Positions 1 through 10,100 of a stretch of DNA of 64,000 nt are shown here, one piece after another. The first letter of the stretch is position 1; each line of letters opens with the position of its first letter. Source of the DNA: a virus. Its lineage: Duplodnaviria; Heunggongvirae; Uroviricota; Caudoviricetes. Under the pieces are notes generated by a model that did no database searches, was not told the origin of the DNA, and saw nothing but the letters and a program-made list of their open reading frames with translations. The position numbers and the translations under genes are program-made. Where the stretch lies: positions 119,799-183,798 of the IMG/VR virus record IMGVR_UViG_3300031994_000001, one strand, 5' to 3'.

Positions 1-757
1 CTTTCAGTTTCTGCTTGATGACAGTCCAAAACACAGAAGCCGTATTCTCTATCGAAGACATATCAACAAGTATCTCCGCGTTCTTGTAAACCTTGGCGAA
101 GTTGTCGTATGAATCGAACACGGTCTTTGTTTCTGCGCACTTCCTTGCAACCTCTTTCAGCATTGCGACCTCATCGACCGTGTATGCAGGTTCTTCAAGA
201 ACACTGTATAAGTGGGTTATATAATAGTCGCACAATGCGCTTGCCTCAACAAATTTGTTCTCATATCCGCTGCCGCCGATATAGCCGTACTTGATGTAGT
301 TGTCGTGGATTTTGGTGAAGTCAACGCCGTAACCCTCGCCGACAAATCTGTTGATTTCGTCATATATGTCGTTCATACCGTCAATGCCCGTGAACGCCTT
401 GATGCTTTTAGCACCTATGCGGTTTTTCCTTTTCGGAAACGCTCTGTATGACATATCCTCGTCAAACGACATTATGAACTTGCACTTGTTGACCTTGCAG
501 ATGTCCATACCTTTTATTTTGATTGCTATGGTGAAACTGCAAGTTCCGTCAGTGTAGCCGTTCTCTTTGATATGCGAGAATATGTCGCCCATACGGAGTT
601 TGGCACTTGCATAAGGTAGCATTTCCGTATGAATGGAGGTCTTGCCGTATTCGGTCACTTCCTTTCCGTATGGAAATATCGCATTGGTTTCCTTGTAGAA
701 GTCCGCTTTGAATGCAAGTTCCGCACTTGACAGTATTTGGAATTTATTTTTGTTCAT
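1..757 (-). CDS. hypothetical protein; N-terminal ~252 codons visible, C-terminus lies beyond the window start
   Basis: Uninterrupted reverse-strand frame from ATG (complement of 755-757) to the window edge, translating MNKNKFQILSSAELAFKADFYKETN... Not in the ORF track because it is edge-truncated. The overlapping + ORFs 109-557 and 712-1371 are antisense to it and to the next gene. Confidence 0.5.
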   Translation of the reverse strand, partial: MNKNKFQILSSAELAFKADFYKETNAIFPYGKEVTEYGKTSIHTEMLPYASAKLRMGDIFSHIKENGYTDGTCSFTIAIKIKGMDICKVNKCKFIMSFDEDMSYRAFPKRKNRIGAKSIKAFTGIDGMNDIYDEINRFVGEGYGVDFTKIHDNYIKYGYIGGSGYENKFVEASALCDYYITHLYSVLEEPAYTVDEVAMLKEVARKCAETKTVFDSYDNFAKVYKNAEILVDMSSIENTASVFWTVIKQKLK

Positions 758-759
758 TG

Positions 760-1311
760 TTATTGTATATCTTCAAATTTGTAATCGTTAAGTCTGTTCA
801 GCCAACCTTTCAAGAAAATTCTGTTGTTGCCTTTCTGTGCGATGTTCATAAGCCACAGTTTTCTCATTTCCCACAGTTTGTCAAACACCTCCTTATGGTA
901 AAGCCAAGCGTGCTTGCCGTCACCGTTGAGGGCTGCGAGTGTTTTTGCGCCCACAATACCGTCAACCGTGAGACCCAATGTACGCTGAATCTTCTTTATG
1001 GCTGTTACCGTTCCGCTTCCCCAACACATCTGCACGCAGAGGTTCGCCACCGATTGACTTTGTATCAAGTCAGCCTGCATTTTGTCCCAATAACCCGTTT
1101 TGAGTATGTGCGTCCATTGTTGCTCGGTTATCTTTTTCAAATCGGCGCAGGTCTTTGTGCTGCCGTAATACTTGCGGAATGTTGCGATGGTTATGCCCAT
1201 CATAGTGCATCCGCCCGTATCATAGGGGTTGTTGGCATATCCGCCTTCCCATTTTTTTATCTTCGGTACAAGTTTGTTTACATTTGCCATTATCTTTATA
1301 ATGTTCCACAA
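760..1311 (-). CDS. peptidoglycan hydrolase: GH108-type lysozyme N-domain plus PG_binding_3 C-domain; putative endolysin
   Basis: EGGYANNPYDTGGCTMMGIT motif is typical of glycoside hydrolase family 108. C-terminal LTVDGIVGAKTLAALN is typical of PG_binding_3. The true start is probably the second Met (MANVNK, at 1290). Confidence 0.7.
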   Translation of the reverse strand: MWNIIKIMANVNKLVPKIKKWEGGYANNPYDTGGCTMMGITIATFRKYYGSTKTCADLKKITEQQWTHILKTGYWDKMQADLIQSQSVANLCVQMCWGSGTVTAIKKIQRTLGLTVDGIVGAKTLAALNGDGKHAWLYHKEVFDKLWEMRKLWLMNIAQKGNNRIFLKGWLNRLNDYKFEDIQ

Positions 1312-1871
1312 ATCTTGGCAATCTCGGTTGCAAGCAATATGATTGGCTCAACCAAGTCAATGCCCACATAGGATTTGATTCTTCCGTTGATTTTCAAATC
1401 CTTTTCATAGTCACCGTATGGCGGCTCGTCAAAATGGAAGAAATTTTCAAATTCACCGTGGTTCACCACATAGTATATAATGTGTTTGAAAATCTCATCG
1501 TCAAAAAGGAACAAGTCGTCAAGGCTGAAAGAGAGAATTTCAAAATCTTCAAAGCAGGTGGTGTATTCGTCATCATAGCACCAATACCCCTGCTCCGCAC
1601 GACCCATATATTCGATGGCTTCCTTCGGACTTATCATACGTCCGCTGTATTCGGAAATGAACTCCTTATGAGTGCAGAGTTTCATACTGTCGTAACAATG
1701 GTACTCGTTCCACAGTTCGATTATATCATCTTTGGAAACCTCTTTCTGTATGCGCTCGCAAAGACTGTCAATCATAGGCTTCAAACCCTTGAAATCATCA
1801 TTCAGTTCTTCACATACATCACCCTCGTCAAGTATGTATTCTCTAACTTCATTTTTCAATTCACTTATCAT
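1296..1871 (-). CDS. hypothetical acidic protein (191 aa)
   Basis: Long minus-strand ORF collinear with the neighbouring minus-strand genes; no recognisable motif. Confidence 0.45.
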   Translation of the reverse strand: MISELKNEVREYILDEGDVCEELNDDFKGLKPMIDSLCERIQKEVSKDDIIELWNEYHCYDSMKLCTHKEFISEYSGRMISPKEAIEYMGRAEQGYWCYDDEYTTCFEDFEILSFSLDDLFLFDDEIFKHIIYYVVNHGEFENFFHFDEPPYGDYEKDLKINGRIKSYVGIDLVEPIILLATEIAKICGTL

Positions 1872-2361
1872 AATTAAACCAATGTTTTTGTATTTATAAA
1901 CCTATGTTTCCAACTGCTAAAGTATGCCGTCACCATTTGGAATTTACACTAATATAATAAAAATTTCCCAAAAACACTTAATTACATAAAGAGTTAAGTA
2001 TGTATAAAAATGCAACCCGTCTAAAAGGTTTAGATTTAAAAACGCCGCCCATATTTCTATATAATTACAAATTTTCTATTTTCCTCATATATAACTGATA
2101 CATAAGTTTTTCTGAAATCGGTTTTTCTGTCGGTGTTATGTGATTCCAGACTTGATATAAATAATATGGCAAAAAATCGGTAAATGATATTCATAAAGAA
2201 AAACGACAAGGGAATTGAACTTCTGAACGAGAATATGGAGAACATCAGACAGTTCGATGATGCCGAAATGCAACAGCGTGACGGCGTTTACAATATACAC
2301 AAGAAAGGCTGTGACTTTGTTGTATTCTGCACGATACCGACCGCAGCCGCAGCAATATTGA

Positions 2362-3327
2362 ATGTTTAATATGAAATCAGATATAATCACTTCGGCTAAT
2401 TTGGTTTACAGCGGCGCACAAACTGTTGTCACGGCAAACGGTGTGCGCACAATCTATCCGAACCCGTACAATGACGGCGGGTGTTCGGGCAACAACAACT
2501 GCAAGGGGTATTACATTGGCGTTCCCTGCCTAATTGAATTGTACCAAGGAATCACAGCCTGCCAATATCTTTACCTTATGGACGGCAACGGAAACCCCGT
2601 TGACTTGAATAGGGTGGACTATATGAGCATCGGAATCTTTAACGAGTACGAGTGTGAGGTTATGCGATTCTCCACTTTGGAGGGTTCTGACGCTGACGGC
2701 ACGATTGATTTCTTCCAAGAGAGCGGGGAGAAGGTCTTGCTTGACTTGAATCCGAAGAACTTTATGGACTGCGGTTGTTTTTTCGATTTGAACAACGTGC
2801 GTGTTCTTGACGCTGACGCTGAAAAGGTATGCCCCGATGACAGAACGGCTATCATTGTTGGCGGTGCAGTTGACGATTGTGTTGTTTCTGGCAACATATT
2901 CTTCAACCCGCTTGACAAACGGGGCGATATGCACATAAGGATAGAGCCTGCCGAATCAAACAACGGCGAATGTGTCGTGCGTTACAACGGTATGCCGTAT
3001 GCCGTTGAGTTCGGTGTTGATATGCCGCTCATAGACCTTGATGAAACGGAAAGCGGTGTCATAGAGATTGTCTCCGAGACAAGCGACTATGAACCGTCAA
3101 TCGCCGAGATTTCAAGGATAGTCGTTTCGGACGAAAGCGATGTCACAGATGTCGGCAAGTTCAGAATATGCTATGACGGCGACAAGACCGCCAATATGCT
3201 GCCATCGTTCCTCACGGCGGTCGTTGAGTTCAAGTTCAAGGACAGCGACAAGGAGGAAAGGGGTGCTACACACGTAATATCTTGCGTCAAACTCGGAACA
3301 TTGAAAAGACACAGACCGATAGTTTAG
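2362..3327 (+). CDS. hypothetical protein (321 aa), first gene of the rightward structural block
   Basis: ORF with ATG start after a ~490-nt AT-rich divergent intergenic region; followed by a strong hairpin terminator. Confidence 0.5.
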   Translation: MFNMKSDIITSANLVYSGAQTVVTANGVRTIYPNPYNDGGCSGNNNCKGYYIGVPCLIELYQGITACQYLYLMDGNGNPVDLNRVDYMSIGIFNEYECEVMRFSTLEGSDADGTIDFFQESGEKVLLDLNPKNFMDCGCFFDLNNVRVLDADAEKVCPDDRTAIIVGGAVDDCVVSGNIFFNPLDKRGDMHIRIEPAESNNGECVVRYNGMPYAVEFGVDMPLIDLDETESGVIEIVSETSDYEPSIAEISRIVVSDESDVTDVGKFRICYDGDKTANMLPSFLTAVVEFKFKDSDKEERGATHVISCVKLGTLKRHRPIV

Positions 3328-3350
3328 TGTATTTCATTCTGACAACGAGT

Positions 3351-3400
3351 GCCAAACGACATTTTATAAATATAACAAATATGTCGTTTGGCATTTTTTT
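3351..3400 (+). terminator. rho-independent terminator; loop contains TATAAATA
   Basis: Perfect 12-bp inverted repeat GCCAAACGACAT (3351-3362) / ATGTCGTTTGGC (3381-3392) with an 18-nt loop TTTATAAATATAACAAAT, followed by ATTTTTTT. Confidence 0.6.
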
Positions 3401-3444
3401 GCCTTATGACGCGGTAATAATAACAGTAATCAAAAAGTCGTAAT

Positions 3445-6400
3445 ATGAACTCTAAAAACAATTTGTCTTCACTGCTTTCACAACTCCTTCTGTTGAGCAA
3501 CAATTCGATAGAGAGTTTTGCGAAAATCAACGAGGCGGTGACTTCTGACGCTGAATCAGTAACAGTAAATGTTGAGAACCCCGATGGAAGCGTTGACACG
3601 TTCACCATACCGAGTTTCGGTTGGCTCAAAAATTCTATTGAGCGTCTGAACAACAACATCAACGCTATGTCAAACATAACGGGTGCGGGAAGCACCGTGC
3701 GTTTGAGTGATGGAACATACAGAAAGATTGTGACAGCCAAACTTCCTTCGGAGGCGGCTACAATCACAAAACTCGGAACGGTAAACAACTTCAAGATAAA
3801 GAGCAATTACTTTTTCGAGAATATGATGAACCCGCTGCTCTGTGTCACCATTGACCTTACGGGGCAGGTGAAGCCCGACACCGACAAACTCGTTGTCAAG
3901 CGTTTCCTGCTTGATACAGACACAACGGCGAAGGCGGAGTTGTTCGAGCGCGAGTTCAACGGTAACGCGAAGATTGATTACAACGACTTTCTGCATACGC
4001 TTATAGACAATAAAATCTCCTATGTCTTGGACGAGGAGACTGTTTCCGTGCAGCCGAAGATGAAGAAATACAGCGGCAATTTCTCCGTAATCAAAATCAC
4101 AAACGATACGGTTACTGAACTCATTAACGGCGTTTCTGTCAGCCGCACGCGCAAACTCGTGAAACTGAACACACTCAACTACACGGATAACAGCGCGGGT
4201 TACAACAACACTATGCAACTTGCTGTTGGCGATTCTATTGAGGTGAACAGCGACCCCGTTGACACAAGGTATGTCATCAAGCAGATTGACACCTCAACGA
4301 ACACTGTCGTTCTTGAACTCGCCGAGGGTTACAGAGCGGTAAAGATGGGTGCTGACTATTTCAGAATATCGGCAAGCAGGGATGCCGCAGTCACTATGGA
4401 TGTTACTGTCGGCTACAATGAGCATTGCGTTGTGTTCGTGAAGGCTGCTGACCCCGACTCGAATATGTTGGCTGCTAATTGGAGTCCAGGCACGGGATTC
4501 TTCACCAACAATCTCGCGTTCACCGATTCAAACGGTGTTCAGATGACCTTGCAGCAATACTACCAAAGGTCGGTCATTGATTTCGGTGCGTTCTTGTTGA
4601 GTTATGCTAACGATTGGTATCCTACTTCAAGCGAGGGTATCAAGCCGAATGCCCCCGTGTTGGAAACCAAGAATTTCAAGGTTGTTCAGATAAACAAGCA
4701 GGTTACTGAATCCGAGGAAATTTCAAGAATCAAGCAACTCAACGCGGAGAAATCAAACCTCTCCGCACAGATTACCGCAAAGAGCAACGCGATAAACGAC
4801 TTGAAAACGAAAATCAACACAACCAACTATGCATCAACGGCGTTGAAGAATGCTGATGTCTTGGACTTGCAGGATAAAATCCGCGAGTATGAATCTATGA
4901 CAAGCACATACGCCTCAAAGGTGAGCGCGATTTCATCGCTCGCCAATGCAAGCAGTGTGGCGGGGGTAAGCCCGAAGTTCCGCATAAGGGGATTTTGGGA
5001 GATGCCCGTTGAGCAGTCAAGTGACGCTACGGGTGCGCAGGCAATCATAAAGTTCAAAATAAGATATAGGTATTTAAGCCCAGACGGTTCGGCGAACAAT
5101 GTTGAGCAGATAGGCGACACTGTTAGCGGAAGTTTCTCCAACTACGCTGTCGTGGAAAGCGTGCTGCGTGAACGTGTGAAAGACACAAACGGCGTGTTTT
5201 ATTGGAAGCCGATAGACTTGAACGATTCGGATGAAATCAACATCAACCAACTTGACATTCCTATCACAAAGGGCGAGCAGGTTGAAATTCAAGTCAAGTC
5301 AATTTCCGAAGCGGGCTTCCCAAGCAATCCGTTGGAGAGTGATTGGAGCGACCCGATAATCATAGAGTTCCCCGAAGAATATTCAACGGACAGTGTTGTT
5401 GACAGCATATTGCAGTCAAACACCGCTGACGAGGCACAGATGCTCATCAACCAAACCTTGCAGTCAAGGGGTGTTATGAGCCATTTGAGCGATTCGTTCA
5501 ATACAAGCGACAAATCATATATGCACTCCGCGCAGAACATCGCTTCGGGATTCGTTTCGGAAGAGCAGACCCCGATAAGCCTCTATCAGAAACTTGCCGA
5601 TATGCAGACGACAATCAACCAACTTCTTGACATAATTGGCGATTCAACGGGTACTATGGTTGTCACGCTTTCCGATGAGAATGGTAATGTGTACGAGTTG
5701 AAAAAAGACACCGTTACGAGAATTTTCGCAGGTTCTTATATCAACGAGGCGAAGAAACTCACAGTCAAGAAAGGTGCTATCATATCAAAGAACTTCAACA
5801 TCAACATACAGAACACTGCGCAGACGGGATTGCGTTTGCTCGCCCACATTGCGGGAAGCAGGACGGGTATGGTGAAACAGAGCAACCCGTACACGGACGG
5901 GGCAAACGGTACAAGGAACTACTATCCGAACAAAGACACATACGATGCGCAGGACACTATGTACAACACGCATTACAGATACGACCTCGTTCCTATCAAT
6001 GTGTATTCGGAAGACCCGAACATTGTTGACGGCGTTACCTCATCACCGAACTTGTATCAGTCCGCCCAATGCAAAAACCAATTCATAAATGTCCGTTTCT
6101 TCGATGTCAGCGGCGACATCAAACTGTATAGACACGAGAGCGGAGACGACAATGCGGTCATTGACAACGACAAGTTTTGGGGCAATGAGTGCGGCGTTAC
6201 CCTCAACCCGATAGGCAACAACTCAACAGAATCTTTCTTGTGGAATCCTATTGTCGGATTTGACGCAAACGGCAACGCTTCCACTCTGAATAGTGACCCG
6301 TCACCACTTTCCGACTTTATGGTTCATATCGAACACCCATACGTTAAGGATAGGGATGCTTGGTTGAGTTACATAAACGAGGTGCTTGGCACGGGTGCTA

Positions 6401-7161
6401 ATGAGCCTATAAGTACGGTTACGGCATTCTCCAACACGCTTAACAAGTATATCTTCAGACTGCCGAAGAACGAGGCTTACACAATATCGAACAATACAGT
6501 AAAAAGCACAGTTCTCTCAAAGAGCGCGAAGGCTGCTTTGAAAACGAAGATATACAAGCAGATACCTTACGAGTTTTTCAACTATAATGTGGCTGACGAA
6601 TCGGCATTGGTTCAGAACAACGCCAACGAGGACACCTATCTCACGCTGACACATAAGATTGGTTATGAGCCAAACGACCAATACCTTGTCGGCAAGGACA
6701 CTTGCACTTCGTTCTTGTTCTTGAATCCCGCCAACCATACGAGCATACAAGTTGAGGGCGACTCGAAGATGAGTTCAAAGGTCGTTACGGGCGGTTCTGT
6801 GATTTCGATACCGCTTACATTCCAATACCGTATGACCGACTATTGGGGAGAAGGCAATATGGGCGGCGGTCGTATTCTCGGAGACGCTAACATTTCAACC
6901 GTGAACAAAACCTCTTTGAGCAACATACAGATGGCTAACAGAATCGGTATAGACATTTGGGGCAGCAAGGACACGCCCGTCTCATTCGACATTGAGATAT
7001 ATGCGACATACGGTGATTCTTCATCCAATATCAATCCCGATTCACTTATTCAATACAACGCGGCTACAATGACAACGGCTGTGAACGGTTCGAAGGCTAC
7101 CAAAAATTTGGTAAAGGGCGTTTCAGAAATTTCACCCGTTGTGCCGCAGACACATAAATAA
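3445..7161 (+). CDS. very large protein (1238 aa) with a central coiled-coil; putative virion structural (tail/baseplate) protein
   Basis: Single long ORF. The central region ISRIKQLNAEKSNLSAQITAKSNAINDLKTKINTTNYA is coiled-coil-like. Structural role is inferred from size and context only. Confidence 0.55.
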   Translation: MNSKNNLSSLLSQLLLLSNNSIESFAKINEAVTSDAESVTVNVENPDGSVDTFTIPSFGWLKNSIERLNNNINAMSNITGAGSTVRLSDGTYRKIVTAKLPSEAATITKLGTVNNFKIKSNYFFENMMNPLLCVTIDLTGQVKPDTDKLVVKRFLLDTDTTAKAELFEREFNGNAKIDYNDFLHTLIDNKISYVLDEETVSVQPKMKKYSGNFSVIKITNDTVTELINGVSVSRTRKLVKLNTLNYTDNSAGYNNTMQLAVGDSIEVNSDPVDTRYVIKQIDTSTNTVVLELAEGYRAVKMGADYFRISASRDAAVTMDVTVGYNEHCVVFVKAADPDSNMLAANWSPGTGFFTNNLAFTDSNGVQMTLQQYYQRSVIDFGAFLLSYANDWYPTSSEGIKPNAPVLETKNFKVVQINKQVTESEEISRIKQLNAEKSNLSAQITAKSNAINDLKTKINTTNYASTALKNADVLDLQDKIREYESMTSTYASKVSAISSLANASSVAGVSPKFRIRGFWEMPVEQSSDATGAQAIIKFKIRYRYLSPDGSANNVEQIGDTVSGSFSNYAVVESVLRERVKDTNGVFYWKPIDLNDSDEININQLDIPITKGEQVEIQVKSISEAGFPSNPLESDWSDPIIIEFPEEYSTDSVVDSILQSNTADEAQMLINQTLQSRGVMSHLSDSFNTSDKSYMHSAQNIASGFVSEEQTPISLYQKLADMQTTINQLLDIIGDSTGTMVVTLSDENGNVYELKKDTVTRIFAGSYINEAKKLTVKKGAIISKNFNINIQNTAQTGLRLLAHIAGSRTGMVKQSNPYTDGANGTRNYYPNKDTYDAQDTMYNTHYRYDLVPINVYSEDPNIVDGVTSSPNLYQSAQCKNQFINVRFFDVSGDIKLYRHESGDDNAVIDNDKFWGNECGVTLNPIGNNSTESFLWNPIVGFDANGNASTLNSDPSPLSDFMVHIEHPYVKDRDAWLSYINEVLGTGANEPISTVTAFSNTLNKYIFRLPKNEAYTISNNTVKSTVLSKSAKAALKTKIYKQIPYEFFNYNVADESALVQNNANEDTYLTLTHKIGYEPNDQYLVGKDTCTSFLFLNPANHTSIQVEGDSKMSSKVVTGGSVISIPLTFQYRMTDYWGEGNMGGGRILGDANISTVNKTSLSNIQMANRIGIDIWGSKDTPVSFDIEIYATYGDSSSNINPDSLIQYNAATMTTAVNGSKATKNLVKGVSEISPVVPQTHK

Positions 7162-7179
7162 TCGTGACAAGAAAGCACA

Positions 7180-10100
7180 ATGAACATAACAACTGAATAT
7201 TGCGAAAACATCATATCAAACGGCAGCGGCTTGCTTGACAAGGCGAGCCGTATGCTTGTCCGTACAAACCCGAAACTCTCAACGAATGTCAAGATAATGA
7301 CAAACGGCGAGAAGATTTGGCTTGAAAGTTACGATGCCGACAAGAACTTGGCTGACAGCAAGTACAAGGCGTTTGTCGTGAGTTCGGACTCGAAGTACAA
7401 CAAGGATGTTGTTAAATTCTACGGAACGCTTGACACTGTTTCGGCATTCAGACCGTTGCAGCAGTATGACGATTTGTCAGTAAAGGACGTGTTTGATTCG
7501 CAGTATGAGACATTCTATCATTGCGGTTGCGAATACGTGAAGTCGCTTGACTATGACGAGCAGTTCGGATTTGTCGCCCCGTTGTGGATTGACGAAAAGA
7601 TACCCGAATACTTTGTCATATTCAAGGTGGAAGAGCCTTCTTATTTCAATCTCGTTGACAACGGGGAGGATAATTTGAGGGATATGAACTTCAAGACGGA
7701 CATACTTGACAAATGCACGATAGTAAAGACATTCTCTCTTAAAGAGGATTCCCCGATAGGCAAGTACATAAGGAACTATCGCAATCAAGACAAGTTCCCC
7801 GTGTCGCCTCTTTATGCCCGTATGGAAAAGGGCGGTTACATCTCGTTCAACGGCATATCATACAAGACGGGCGAGTTCACCGAAGCGCACGAACACGATT
7901 TTGAACGTATGTTTACCAAAGACGAGACCGTTACGGGATTCGACAATTTCATCACGGGCGGATTTGAGCGCAACGGCATAATCTGTGCTAACCTGCTCAA
8001 TTTGGAGTTTTTGTTTGACGACACAACTTCGGAGGAATACACGATAAACAGATATTTCGGATTGTACTGCAATATGGTCGCTGAAGGCACAGCCGACATT
8101 GACTATGCTGGATTGTACGGATGCGGCAATCTGTATTCAAGAAATGTAAAGAACTTCGACCAATACACGGTGTCGAAAGTCACTGCTTCAAACAATGGCG
8201 GCGTTTTGATACCCGTTGTTCAGCCGCAGGTGAACCAAGATGAAATACTTGACCTTATCTCACAGATTAACACCGAGAGAATCGCCAATCATCTAACGCC
8301 ATTGGAGGGCGAAGAGTTGGTTGAAAATGTCGGAAAAATATGCAATATTTCGGACATTTTGTTTCCTACTTGGGACAACATAAGCGCGGCAGACAATCCA
8401 AGTGCGGCGGATGTTGACGCAGGCGGTTCGCTTAACGGCTCTGTCCATTGCATTGTTGACAGACTTGGCAACATCCACAGCATAAGCAGGTCTAATTCAT
8501 ATCCAAACGGAATGATTAGACTGACCGACAAGAAAGTTGAGTTGACCGACTTCAACGGTTTTGTCAAGACGAACAGAAGCGTGACCTGCGAGTATGAGGA
8601 TAAGGCAACTCCGTCACAACTTGTGATAACCATAAACTCGGAAATTGAGGCATACACCCGTTTCACTTTGAAGCACGACAATCTCGGCGACATAGGATAT
8701 ATCGAATGCGGTGTCGTTTATGACGATGAAACGCAGGAGTTCCTTTCCGTTGCGGGTTGGTCTGACTATGATACATTCAGCGGCATAGGCGACTTGTCTG
8801 TTGTCGCGCAGGCATTGGCTGATTCGTTCAATGCTGTGTTTGAGAACGAAGGACTGCACGCATACTACTATGCAAACAATGTGGTGATTGAAGCCTGCAA
8901 TTCTTCCGACACTTATAATTTGTACCATATTGAATGTGAGAACACGACAAGCGTTCCAGTGACTTCTGTTGAAATATCAAACGGGGGTCGTTTCTGCGGG
9001 GCTAACGATTACTCACACATCAAGATTATGGAGATGTACTCGAATCTGTTGCAGGTCGGTGAATACCTGCCTACAAGGAGCAAGCGCGGTTATGGAAAGA
9101 TAATCGCCAAGACGATAGACTTCGAGAAGGCTACCATTGACGGCGACAGACTTGTTTTCAACGAAGGTCTGTACTATGACGTTCTTGTTGACGAGAACAA
9201 TGTTTTCGTGAACAGAACGAACACGGTTCGCGTGTATGACGAGTTCGACCTTATATACGGAAGACTGTCATTCTTCCCCGTACACGATTTTGACTTTCAA
9301 ACAACTACACCCGTTACACAATATGGCGACTTTGGCGAGTTGGAGTATGAACGCTGTTATCTTTCAGCGGACGGCAACGACACTTCGGAGGATGCCGAAG
9401 AGGAAGCAATGCGGGAGTATTCATTCGAGGTTGACGGCAATACGCTCACCATATATTTTGAAAATGACGATGACACCATTGTCGTTGACATTGACGGATA
9501 TGATGTGACGCAAGACCCCGATGACCCAGACACATTCATTGTGGAGATGATTATGACGCATTACAACCCGAACTATGTTCCAAGTGGCGAGGATACCAAT
9601 GTCGAACCCGACTTTGACTTCAGCACACTTACGAGCGATTTGGGTGACGGCTCTGTTTTGCGAAGCGAGTATATGAGGCTGTATGAGAACTTCAGCAACG
9701 ACTTTATGCTTCTGTCAAAGACTGTGCCTTATATCAACAAGTGGGTTTATCACGACAACGGATTCGATGTTAGGGAACGCAAATACAGACTGAACACCAA
9801 CCCCGTGTTCGGTATGAACTCGTTTGCGCCCGACCCTTACACATACAACGATGTAAGTACAAACCCCAACTGTTTCGGTTGCGAATGGTATTACATATTC
9901 GACAAATTCCCGCACAATGAGCCGTCAAACTTCGACTTTACAAATATGTGGAGTTACATAGGTGATGTATGCCCGATTGACAGCGGTTCTACTGCGGAGG
10001 AAACGCTTGAGCGTATGCTGCTTGACACAAAGACAAACTACTTCAATGTGTTCTTTGTCAGAGACCATATTGTTGACACAGCCGATGCCAACAACAAGGC

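Noticed and set aside
712-1371. 219-aa + strand ORF, plus the short + ORFs at 109-557
   Set aside because: Antisense to two well-supported minus-strand genes (the partial gene at 1-757 and the GH108 endolysin at 760-1311). No motif and a hydrophobic, AT-driven composition.
3670-4218. Minus-strand ORFs inside the giant + genes (3670-4218, 8289-8928, 10297-10884, 17197-17709, 41842-42591, 50270-50752, 50050-50472)
   Set aside because: All are embedded antisense in long, continuous + strand genes with consistent codon usage, and have no motifs.
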